IMG/VR virus record: IMGVR_UViG_3300021437_000011
Span: 1 to 64,000 of that record
Length of the DNA: 64,000 nt
From: a virus
Direction: 5' to 3' (one strand)
The translations under genes and the position numbers were made by a program. The notes under the pieces are model-generated. The model was not told where the DNA came from, did not search any database, and worked only from the letters and a program-made list of their open reading frames with translations. This document shows positions 9,833-18,088 of this stretch, one piece after another. The stretch's first letter is position 1. Every line of letters begins with the position of its first letter.

Positions 9833-10933
9833 ATGAAAAGTTCCGAAGCGACAACAGCTTGGCGCGAAGCGCTGACAGCCGTGACGTCCTTGGCGTTCAT
9901 GACTCCATCCATGGCCATAAACGCCCTTCATCAGCTCAACACGCCAGGCCCTTTGGTCCCGGCCTACGCCTCAGCTTCAGCTAGCGTAATGTCCGTCCTC
10001 CTTGCGGCGGGAGCTCCATTTGTCATAAAACGCAAAACCGACGCCAGCATTCGCTTGGCGGCCGTCGCCGCATTCATCGTCTGCGCTGGATACAATCTGC
10101 AAACCGCCATCGGCGCGGCCAGCCTATCCAGAAGTTCTGGCGTTGGGACGAGAGAGGCGGAAGCGGCAAGAGCAAAACTTTTGGCCGGGCAGGTGGCGCA
10201 GGCGGAAACATCTCGCGCGGCGCTGGCCAGGGCCGTGGGCGAGGACACGACCGCGATGATCGAGGCGACGCTCAAGGCGATGCGTCAAGATGCGAAATGG
10301 TCTCGTTCTAAAAACGCCTCTGGCGAAGGATGCGAGGATGCGACAAAGGAAGACACCCGCGCGTTTTGCGCCGAATACGCCAAGAAGCTGGCCACGAAAA
10401 ATGCGGCCATGAAAATCGGCGAGCTGGACGTCCAGCTCGATGATCTCAAGAGGAAGCTCATCACCGCGACCAACGCTGCGACAAGCCAAGCCGCCGACCC
10501 GCAGGCGAGCAATGTCGTTCTTGTCCTGGAAATGATAGGCGTAAGCGCCGAGGCGGCGAAAGTCGGCGTCGGCCTCAATCTGTGGTTCGCGCTGACAATC
10601 GAGGTTTTGGCGGCGCTAGGTCCGGTTGTCCTTAGCGTCCTGTTCTCGGGAAGCGTGTCCAAGCCATCCACGCCGACAGAGGGAAAAGCAGAGACTCCCG
10701 CGCCTGCCCCAGAGGGAAAAGAGGAGAAGCCGGATACAACCAAGGGTTGTAAGCCTTCTGGACTGTCCATGGTCGGGGGGACTGACGTCACCGTGACGGC
10801 AATGGTCGCCGCCTCGTCAGCGCAAGAGGCAGCCGCCCGCTTGGGCGTATCGGAACGAACGATATGGCGGAGGATCGCTGAGGAAAAATCGAAAGCTGGC
10901 GGCAAGCCAAAGTCACGAGCATCTGCATCTTGA
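9833..10933 (+). CDS. 4-TM membrane protein with coiled coil and C-terminal HTH (paralogue A)
   Basis: GGGAGG RBS; three N-terminal hydrophobic helices, coiled coil with Cys pair, ADPQA, fourth TM, HTH SAQEAAARLGVSERTIWRRI. Confidence 0.8.
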   Translation: MKSSEATTAWREALTAVTSLAFMTPSMAINALHQLNTPGPLVPAYASASASVMSVLLAAGAPFVIKRKTDASIRLAAVAAFIVCAGYNLQTAIGAASLSRSSGVGTREAEAARAKLLAGQVAQAETSRAALARAVGEDTTAMIEATLKAMRQDAKWSRSKNASGEGCEDATKEDTRAFCAEYAKKLATKNAAMKIGELDVQLDDLKRKLITATNAATSQAADPQASNVVLVLEMIGVSAEAAKVGVGLNLWFALTIEVLAALGPVVLSVLFSGSVSKPSTPTEGKAETPAPAPEGKEEKPDTTKGCKPSGLSMVGGTDVTVTAMVAASSAQEAAARLGVSERTIWRRIAEEKSKAGGKPKSRASAS

Positions 10934-11049
10934 CGCAACCACGAAAAACGGCCCCAGCTCCCGCCAGGGCCGTGAAACATTCGAAGCATTTGCCGTGAGC
11001 ACATTGACATGAGCCTCGGCCGGAGTCAATCCGGCCGCCATTTTTGCCC

Positions 11050-11130
11050 CTCCATCTCTCCATTCCGCCGTCGCCTCTCACGCCCCCTTTTTGGGGCTGT
11101 CAGCGCTTTTGGCGGAATGGAGAGATGGAG
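11050..11130. repeat. 20-bp perfect inverted repeat with 41-bp spacer
   Basis: CTCCATCTCTCCATTCCGCC (11050-11069) / GGCGGAATGGAGAGATGGAG (11111-11130). Confidence 0.9.
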
Positions 11131-12394
11131 TTTTGGCGGCCTTCTCCGCCGCTAGGCGTCGGTGGATTGTTCGCTCTGACACCCCTTTCAGCTTGGCGAT
11201 CTCCGCCACTGTCATGGACCCTGTCAGGGCTGTCACTGACATGTCACCCCCCCTGACAACTGTCAGTGACACGCGCCTGTCAGGGTTGCCGCCACGCGAC
11301 AACGGCGTGTCAGTGTCATCTGTCAGTGTGGCTGTTTTAACACTGACACTGTCACTGACACGCCTGCTAACCCTTTGATTTTTAGTGTCAGTACGTGTCA
11401 GTGTGGCTTTTTTAACACTGACAGGTGTCAGTGTCTCCCTGTCAGTGACACTGACATTTTGGCAGACCTGTCTGTCAGTGGCTGTCACCCTGTCATCTGA
11501 CATGTCACCCTGACACGTGTCAGTGTCAGTGTCAGGGTGACAGCCGTGGCTGTCAGTGTCAGATGTCAGTGTCAGGGCGCTGTCAGGGTGACAGCCATGT
11601 CCGCTTTTTTGTCCGCTTCCCGCGAACGTCAGGAGCAGGGTGGCGTCACGGAAGAAGCCCAAGAGGAGGACGCCTGACACCATAAACAAATCCGACCACG
11701 CCTCGACGCCAAGGCCAACCCGGCGCGCGAACCACCGGTTTCCCGCGACCGGGTCGGAAACCGAATCCGATGTTTCACGGGAGGCGTCACGCCTCATCTC
11801 AAGCCTGGCGTCCTCAGCCCCCTTGGCCTTGGCTAGCTCCACGCCCAGCTCCACATACCTGTCGCAATGCCGAGCCCGGAACGCCCAGTGCTCTCTATCC
11901 GTGCAATCCTTCGTCCATGCTCCTAGGGTTTTAGTGGAGCCATCAATGCCCTTGGCGTTCTGGTATGTCACCAGTTTAGAAAGTTCTACTGCACGCTCAG
12001 CTTGTATTTCGTCTGAGCCCTTAATGGTCTCGTCCCACGATTTCGCCGTTAGATTCTTGAGTTCAGAGAGTTTAGCTTTGCGGCGCGCGGCGGCGAGTTC
12101 CCGGTCATCAATGCGACGCTGGACTTGACTCGCCCAGAAGCCAATTTCCAGGGGGATGAGGTACGCCTCGCCCAGAATGCAGAAAAGGCAGCACACGCCG
12201 GCCAGCCATTTGGAGCCATTATCCCAATGCCTGTGGGCGGCCACCGAACCGATAGCCGACCCCACAACCGCCAGAACCGCCAGCCCGCAGGGGATTGCCC
12301 CCTGGGCGCCAACATAGTCCCAAACGATCGCCGCAGTCAGCGAGAGAGAGAACAACCAGAACGCAACGCCAGCGGACTTGCGTATGAAACTCAT
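11078..12394 (-). CDS. 4-TM membrane protein with coiled coil and C-terminal HTH (paralogue B, carries the TGTCA array)
   Basis: GGAGG RBS, ATG overlaps FtsK stop; same architecture as 9833-10933; HTH TVAEIAKLKGVSERTIHRRL. Confidence 0.8.
   Translation of the reverse strand: MSFIRKSAGVAFWLFSLSLTAAIVWDYVGAQGAIPCGLAVLAVVGSAIGSVAAHRHWDNGSKWLAGVCCLFCILGEAYLIPLEIGFWASQVQRRIDDRELAAARRKAKLSELKNLTAKSWDETIKGSDEIQAERAVELSKLVTYQNAKGIDGSTKTLGAWTKDCTDREHWAFRARHCDRYVELGVELAKAKGAEDARLEMRRDASRETSDSVSDPVAGNRWFARRVGLGVEAWSDLFMVSGVLLLGFFRDATLLLTFAGSGQKSGHGCHPDSALTLTSDTDSHGCHPDTDTDTCQGDMSDDRVTATDRQVCQNVSVTDRETLTPVSVKKATLTRTDTKNQRVSRRVSDSVSVKTATLTDDTDTPLSRGGNPDRRVSLTVVRGGDMSVTALTGSMTVAEIAKLKGVSERTIHRRLAAEKAAKTPSLHSAKSADSPKKGA
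11177..11593. repeat. dense intragenic array of TGTCA/TGACA (mostly STGTCAG) in both orientations
   Basis: About 39 copies by hand count in about 420 bp; includes 28-bp near-duplicates at 11321 and 11396, and TGTCAGGGTGACAGCC at 11530 and 11581. Confidence 0.95.
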
Positions 12395-14451
12395 GGCGGC
12401 ATCCTCCACATAGTCGAACCTCCGAAGGCGGTCTTTCCGTCAGTTTCCGCTCCAAGGCGCTTGAGGGCGCTTGTCAGGCTGCCTTCCGACCTGTAGCCGT
12501 TGTCACATGCGACCCGGAAAAGCTCTGACCGTGTCTTAGGCCCGCTGAAGAACGCCTCGCGTATAACATCGTCCAACGGGCGCTTAACGCTTCCCCTTGT
12601 CCCCAATCCATGCTTATCTGATTCGCCCACGGCTGACCCGTCATCATCACCCACATCCCCCATATCAACGTATTCTGGAGGGGGACTCGACGCGATCAGC
12701 GCATCAACGATCTCAAGAATTCCGTCGGAATCAATGAACGCGCTATGGCAACGCTGCACCCGCCCCGCCTTCTCCAGCAGCAAGAAATCCCCAGCCCCCA
12801 GGAGCTTTTCAGCGCCCCTGTTCCCCGACCCGAGCATGACCTCGCTGTCAACCCCGGAGGCCGCCAGAAAGGCTTGACGAGTTGAGAAGTTAGCCTTGAT
12901 GGCCCCCTTGATGATTTCGCGATCCGGACGCTGCATGGACAAGACTAGGTGGACGCCAGCGGCGCGCGCGATCTGAGCCAGCTTCTGCAGAGCGTTGGAG
13001 ATGTCAGCGGCGCGTTTGGCCTCAGGAGAATTCTTTTCTCCAACGACGGTCATAAGGTCGGCGACCTCGTCAATGAACGCGACGATAAACGGAATTTTTC
13101 GTAATTGGTCATCGACCCGCGCATTGTACTCAACGAGATTGCGGACCCCGCGAATCTTCTCAAACGCCTCATATCGCCGAGAGGTCTCCGCCAGCAGCCA
13201 CCTCAGGGCGATAGCCGCCTCTTCCTGTGTCGTGATCACTGGCGTCAACAGATGAGGTATCCCCGCATAGATTGTGAATTCCGCTTTTTTGGGATCAATG
13301 AGCAGCAAGCGGCACTGCTCAGGAGTCCGCGAGCTGATCAGGGAAACGATATCCGTATTCACGCCCACCGATTTCCCTGACCCAGTCGTCCCCGCAACCA
13401 GCTTATGGATCAGCGCCGCCTGGTCTTTGATAACTGGTTCTCCCAGGGGATCTACGCCCATCGCCATGGGAAGATGCCCGGAAAAATTCATAAATTTCTC
13501 ATGTTTGAGGATGGCGCTCAGCAACACCAACTGGCGAACGGCGTTGGGAATTTCAATCGACAGGCCGGCAGACTTGGGCGTTTTGACGATACGTATGGAC
13601 TCTTCGCCCAAACGCAGCTCAATATCGTCCTCTAGCCTCAGGACGTCCCCTATGCGGACGCCTCGGTCTGGAACAAAAACATAGGTGGTGACGACTGGGC
13701 CAACACTGACTCCGGAGATGCGGCCGAGCACTCGCAAATGAGCGAACTCCTGAATGATCCTGGCGGATTTTTCCAAATCCTCAGCCATGGGATGCGCCTC
13801 GACATCGATCACTTGGGAGCCTGGCGCGAGCAAGGCGCGCGACTGCGACGCGACCGGCTTATACGGAGGCGCGCGAAAGGCGATGCGCCCCATGCATCCG
13901 GCGTGGTAATCCAGAGGGTACAGGTCGGGAGCGACAGGGATGCAGCGGTTTATGGGGAGCGCTGAGAATGAGCCCTTGCAACACCCAGCCGCAAATATTC
14001 CAGATTGCCGTTGGGCGTCGGCGGCGCTGACAGGCTCTGACAACCGCCAGACGGCTATGGCCCGTCCAGATAGGCTCCAGTAGGCGAGGTGCGGGGGCCT
14101 GGATTGATTGCCCAAAAACCCGCTCAGACCTCTGGCGTGCGCCGCAACGACGCACATGCCGGTAATGTCCTGGTCTGTTGGCTCTCGCGCGAGAGGTTCT
14201 TTCACGTCGCCAAGGCACACCCACACCTCGGCGCCGCGATGATAGGCGGCCAATATCCATCGTTCGGCGAGAGCGCGGCGGCTCTCGCCGTAAAATGTCC
14301 GCCATTCCCAAGAGGCGTGGGAGGAGCCGAAATGACAAGCCCCGAGAACCCAGTGCGGGTTCTCGGGGATCAGCCTGTCAATGAAATCGCATGACATGCG
14401 CGCTGAAGAGCTGATCTTGTCCCTGAGCTTAACTTTCGGTGAATTTTCCAT
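12391..14451 (-). CDS. FtsK/SpoIIIE-family DNA translocase ATPase without N-terminal TM domain
   Basis: Alpha domain GPVVTTY..., Walker A AGTTGSGKS, LIDPKK.EF..Y, Walker B FIDEVADLM, RAAGVHLVLSMQRP, GAEKLLG.GD; atypical N and C termini. Confidence 0.93.
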   Translation of the reverse strand: MENSPKVKLRDKISSSARMSCDFIDRLIPENPHWVLGACHFGSSHASWEWRTFYGESRRALAERWILAAYHRGAEVWVCLGDVKEPLAREPTDQDITGMCVVAAHARGLSGFLGNQSRPPHLAYWSLSGRAIAVWRLSEPVSAADAQRQSGIFAAGCCKGSFSALPINRCIPVAPDLYPLDYHAGCMGRIAFRAPPYKPVASQSRALLAPGSQVIDVEAHPMAEDLEKSARIIQEFAHLRVLGRISGVSVGPVVTTYVFVPDRGVRIGDVLRLEDDIELRLGEESIRIVKTPKSAGLSIEIPNAVRQLVLLSAILKHEKFMNFSGHLPMAMGVDPLGEPVIKDQAALIHKLVAGTTGSGKSVGVNTDIVSLISSRTPEQCRLLLIDPKKAEFTIYAGIPHLLTPVITTQEEAAIALRWLLAETSRRYEAFEKIRGVRNLVEYNARVDDQLRKIPFIVAFIDEVADLMTVVGEKNSPEAKRAADISNALQKLAQIARAAGVHLVLSMQRPDREIIKGAIKANFSTRQAFLAASGVDSEVMLGSGNRGAEKLLGAGDFLLLEKAGRVQRCHSAFIDSDGILEIVDALIASSPPPEYVDMGDVGDDDGSAVGESDKHGLGTRGSVKRPLDDVIREAFFSGPKTRSELFRVACDNGYRSEGSLTSALKRLGAETDGKTAFGGSTMWRMPP

Positions 14452-14971
14452 AGATCAACTCTGCTCCATCATCGCCATCAACCATTAAGTATCCAGTTGG
14501 TTCTGAAAATTTTATCAGTCCCGACAAGAAACCCTCTGGATCTAATTTATCGTATCCACTAACTTCACAGTAGTCAGCATAGCTGTCTATTAGGTTCGCC
14601 TCCGTGATGTAATCACTTTCATTGTGAGTTATTACAATAGAGGAGCTTATCCATGCTTCAAACGCTTCTTCAGCGCTCATATCTCCCCCATTCGAAGGAT
14701 AAACTGGGGATATCGGCCTAGTCGGCGCCTGAGCCTGCTGCTTCGCCATCCGTGCGCGCTGCAATCCCACAAGATCTCTCTTTATCCCATAAGGAGACGC
14801 GGGCGCGGCTGGTTGTGGCGCGGGATTGCTTTGGGACTCTTCTTGTAACGCCGTCTGTCGTTTTTTGTCCTGCTCTGCCATAGAGCCAACACACTTAGCA
14901 ACTATAGCCCCCGTAGCTGGAGGAAGAGCTGCGGACGCAACCAGCATCCCCAATGTAGCTAATATGCTCAT
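14429..14971 (-). CDS. N-terminally hydrophobic protein with C-terminal primase-type winged helix
   Basis: MSILATLGMLVASAALPP... followed by FEAWI....YITEANLIDSYADYCEVSGY..L....F (D5/primase C-terminal wHTH pattern). Confidence 0.55.
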   Translation of the reverse strand: MSILATLGMLVASAALPPATGAIVAKCVGSMAEQDKKRQTALQEESQSNPAPQPAAPASPYGIKRDLVGLQRARMAKQQAQAPTRPISPVYPSNGGDMSAEEAFEAWISSSIVITHNESDYITEANLIDSYADYCEVSGYDKLDPEGFLSGLIKFSEPTGYLMVDGDDGAELIYGKFTES

Positions 14972-14987
14972 TACTTGATAGTCCTTG

Positions 14988-15437
14988 CTAATACTTCCAT
15001 TTGTTAACGTAAAATACGATGTTGGTGCGGACTTCGTCTTCCAGCATCCGCAGAGCGCGCATTGCTTTCTTTTCCATGGGGGTGTCTGGCTCAACAGCCA
15101 AAGTAGCCAAGTTATCGAATGCTTCTTTTATTTCGTCCTGCATTGTTTTTTTTGCATCATCCTTGAATAGAACCTTATAATTCTTCGTTTTGTCCCTGAG
15201 CTCATCAACAACAAAACCAAGATGAGTTGAGAGCCTTACTTCAAATATGGATATTTCCTCAAGAAACAACTCATCCATAACTATATTGTGCCTGCTAATT
15301 CGCTCCTGCATGTTGTTAAATGCAATTTTTATTATCTCCCCAATCCGGTTTCCCGCGCTGAGAGGCACCCTTATGCCTCCCGCTTTTCTGACCTCTGCTT
15401 CCGCCTTTCGGTTGCGTCCTCCCCAGAAACTCATCAA
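14988..15437 (-). CDS. hypothetical protein
   Basis: Overlaps upstream stop; operonic. Confidence 0.65.
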   Translation of the reverse strand: MMSFWGGRNRKAEAEVRKAGGIRVPLSAGNRIGEIIKIAFNNMQERISRHNIVMDELFLEEISIFEVRLSTHLGFVVDELRDKTKNYKVLFKDDAKKTMQDEIKEAFDNLATLAVEPDTPMEKKAMRALRMLEDEVRTNIVFYVNKWKY

Positions 15438-17140
15438 CTTTCCCTTTTTACTGGAACCAACTCCCTACGCGTCGAAGACCCCCAAACAGAGTTTCCTTGC
15501 GCTATTGGAGCCCCTGGAGACGGGAGAGCTCCAACGGACTCTTGCGATCGGTTCGGGAGGGACATTAACCCTCTCCCCGCCATCAGCGCCGTTGTGCGGG
15601 CGACGGCGGCGGGATCTAGCGAGGTTAACGTCATGCGCTTGACTCTGCGGCCGTGGAGCTCGGCGGAGCGCTGGGCGCTTTCTTCGAGCTGGCCAACAAA
15701 CCCACGGGAGCTCTGCCTTGACAGCTCCGCCCCGGCTCCCTCAATCCAGCCGTCGTTTTGCTGGCTGGTGAGCAATCTCTGCCCCCGGTCAACCTCAAGC
15801 TGAGCGGACACGACATCGAGCGCCTCATTCGCATGATGGTAAATCTGATGCGCGAAATCATTAGTCGTCCTTAGGAACTTGACCTCTTCTTGAAGCTCGC
15901 CGACTTGGTGGGCGGTGTCGGCGACCGTTGTAGCGATGTTGAGGACATGCCTCTGGTTTTTGATAACCTCTCCAGTATGAGCGAGGACTCGTTTCCGCTC
16001 ATCTTCCCAATTCCGGATAGGTCTGGGCGCAACGCTAAATGGCATTGATTCTGCTCCAATCTCGTTACGGATCGCGTTGACTAAGTCGGCTTCTCCGGAG
16101 ACGACATGCGCCTTTCCCACCCCTCTGGCGAGCTTGGCCATGAGCTCTATCGCCTTCCTGTCGCCGACAGCGCTGATAAGATAGGTTGATATCGGGCAAG
16201 TGGTTAAACCCCTTGCTCTGAATATTTCGGTTTGGCTTTCTTCTTCGGGGGAGCCATCGGAAAAAATATGGATATGCAAGTCATTCCCGCCGATATTCGC
16301 CGCCTGATTAAAGCAAGGGGAAAATTTTGTTCCAGAAACAAATCCTGGAGTGTCGTAAAAACTGCTATCCAATACTAAATCAGATGGAGTATCGAATTTT
16401 TTAATGTTTTGCGTATATCCATACAGACTATATTTATCCCTTAGATTTCTTACGAAATCATTAAGAGCCAGTTGCTGAACTTCGAACTTTATCCGTGAGT
16501 CTTCAGGCGAAATCGCATCCGCCATGCTGTTGGAGCAATCCGCGAATATGATGTGATGCCCGTCGGCGGCTCCTGGTCCAAAAATGCGCACAGAACCAGC
16601 TCCGGAGCTTTTCCTAGCCCCGGAAAACGCGCCGCGAGAGGACCACGTTCCTTGGTCAGCGGAGCCGTTCTTTTTCCCTGCCGCAGGGCTCGTCAATGGC
16701 GGCTGGACGTCGTCTCCCATAAAAATCTGAGCTAAAATCTCGTGATACGCGTCCCAAAACAATCCGCCCCGCTCTATGTTTTCGCGGGTGGAGCCAGGAG
16801 GGACGGGCAAGCCGATGGCCGCCATCTCGGCGCGCCACTCTGGCCCATGGCCATTGAAGCTCTGCGAGACCGCAAGCCCGTGCTTTACGAAGACGCGCAA
16901 ATGCGCCAGCTCATGAGCAATCGTCGCAATCGTGTCGATAAAATCACGAAAGAGAGTGTCTCCCGCCATCCGCAGTTGAGCAGATTTACGGTGAGATTTT
17001 GGGTAGTCCAAGGACCCTTGATTTTTTTCGTGATCGTCAATGAACATTTCAATTGGCGGCCATTTGACGCTCGGCCACAGCCTGCCCATCAGATAATCGC
17101 ATGCTCTGCGGAACTTAGGGGGAATCGGTTTATCAGCCAT
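15434..17140 (-). CDS. SprT-like zinc metalloprotease + vWA domain + coiled-coil protein
   Basis: TIAHELAH...HGPEW (SprT-like); IIFADCSNSM (MIDAS DxSxS), GT.F, IFSDG. Confidence 0.8.
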   Translation of the reverse strand: MADKPIPPKFRRACDYLMGRLWPSVKWPPIEMFIDDHEKNQGSLDYPKSHRKSAQLRMAGDTLFRDFIDTIATIAHELAHLRVFVKHGLAVSQSFNGHGPEWRAEMAAIGLPVPPGSTRENIERGGLFWDAYHEILAQIFMGDDVQPPLTSPAAGKKNGSADQGTWSSRGAFSGARKSSGAGSVRIFGPGAADGHHIIFADCSNSMADAISPEDSRIKFEVQQLALNDFVRNLRDKYSLYGYTQNIKKFDTPSDLVLDSSFYDTPGFVSGTKFSPCFNQAANIGGNDLHIHIFSDGSPEEESQTEIFRARGLTTCPISTYLISAVGDRKAIELMAKLARGVGKAHVVSGEADLVNAIRNEIGAESMPFSVAPRPIRNWEDERKRVLAHTGEVIKNQRHVLNIATTVADTAHQVGELQEEVKFLRTTNDFAHQIYHHANEALDVVSAQLEVDRGQRLLTSQQNDGWIEGAGAELSRQSSRGFVGQLEESAQRSAELHGRRVKRMTLTSLDPAAVARTTALMAGRGLMSLPNRSQESVGALPSPGAPIAQGNSVWGSSTRRELVPVKRES

Positions 17141-17343
17141 CGGCGGTCTCCCATGAGGCAAGGAGACCCGTCGCCAGGAAAGGCGCAGCGCTTTTTACGC
17201 TGAAAACAGGCTTTCTGCTGTTGCCACCCTTGGCGAATCGAGGGTATGGCTTTGGATAGCCTCGCATACGGGTCCGTTCCGTTGTGTGGTCAGACCCTAA
17301 CCGCGATCTCTAGGCGCGGTTAGGGCCGCTTGATAATCGGGAG

Positions 17344-17372
17344 ATGCTACTTGATGTCGGGAAACCTGTCAA
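17344..17372 (-). promoter_or_regulatory. sigma70 promoter for the SprT-vWA/FtsK operon with TTTCCCGACATC operator
   Basis: Minus strand TTGACA-GGTTTCCCGACATCAAG(17 bp)-TAGCAT. Confidence 0.75.
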
Positions 17373-17695
17373 GTCAACCGCAACGTCCATGCGGCGTCTG
17401 GAACCCTCCCGCAAGCTTTCTCCAGTTCTCCACGGAGATTTTCTTCGGCTGCATGGGCGTCCTGAATCGCTTGATTCAGGACGTCAGCCGGCGCGACGAC
17501 CGATCGGATCGCCAAGAGTTCATCCCCTGGAGAACAGTCGTCATCCAGGACTTTAGCGAGCATGATTGCGGCTTCAGAGCACTTCTTCAAGTGCTTGGCG
17601 AACGCCTTGTGCTCGTAGCGCGTAGCCTTCCTCGCGATCATTTCGGCCAGATCTTGCAGCCGATATTCGAGATATTCTAAACTGTCGCCGCTCAT
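17369..17695 (-). CDS. phage hypothetical protein
   Basis: MSGDSLEY... start with ATGA overlap. Confidence 0.6.
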   Translation of the reverse strand: MSGDSLEYLEYRLQDLAEMIARKATRYEHKAFAKHLKKCSEAAIMLAKVLDDDCSPGDELLAIRSVVAPADVLNQAIQDAHAAEENLRGELEKACGRVPDAAWTLRLT

Positions 17696-17836
17696 GCCGC
17701 GCTCCGTTTTTCGATGGCGCGCTTTTTTAACGCGCCATCGTGACAATTAAGGCAAACGAGCTCGTTCAGGCCATTGACCACAAACAAGCTAGACCGAAAC
17801 AGCTCCTTCGTACAATGCTTGCACGCTCCCAGGGGC

Positions 17837-18088
17837 TCAGGTCTCGTCTCGAACTGGAATCGTGACGCGATATGTTTGCGGGCAGCCATCGAACAATCCA
17901 TCAGCGTTTGGGGTTAAAAAACCTAAAGCGGTAAGGCGTTTGCAGCGCCATACGCTCATTTTCCCGGAGCCCTGAAACCCAGCGGATTCCAGGCCGGCGG
18001 CGTTAACGGTCACGACTCCGTATCTCTTGACGATGTCAAGAAACAACTCATCCTTTTCTGTTAGTTTTACCGCGTACTTTCTTGGCAT
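17837..18088 (-). CDS. small hypothetical (wHTH-like) protein
   Basis: ORF after a GGAG/AAGG RBS. Confidence 0.5.
   Translation of the reverse strand: MPRKYAVKLTEKDELFLDIVKRYGVVTVNAAGLESAGFQGSGKMSVWRCKRLTALGFLTPNADGLFDGCPQTYRVTIPVRDET

Noticed and set aside
11177-11593. TGTCA array as CRISPR array or microsatellite
   Set aside because: No constant repeat-spacer period, both orientations present, no cas genes
12391-14451. FtsK as host chromosomal ftsK or as the packaging ATPase
   Set aside because: No TM or canonical gamma domain, embedded among phage genes, and the phage already has terL and portal
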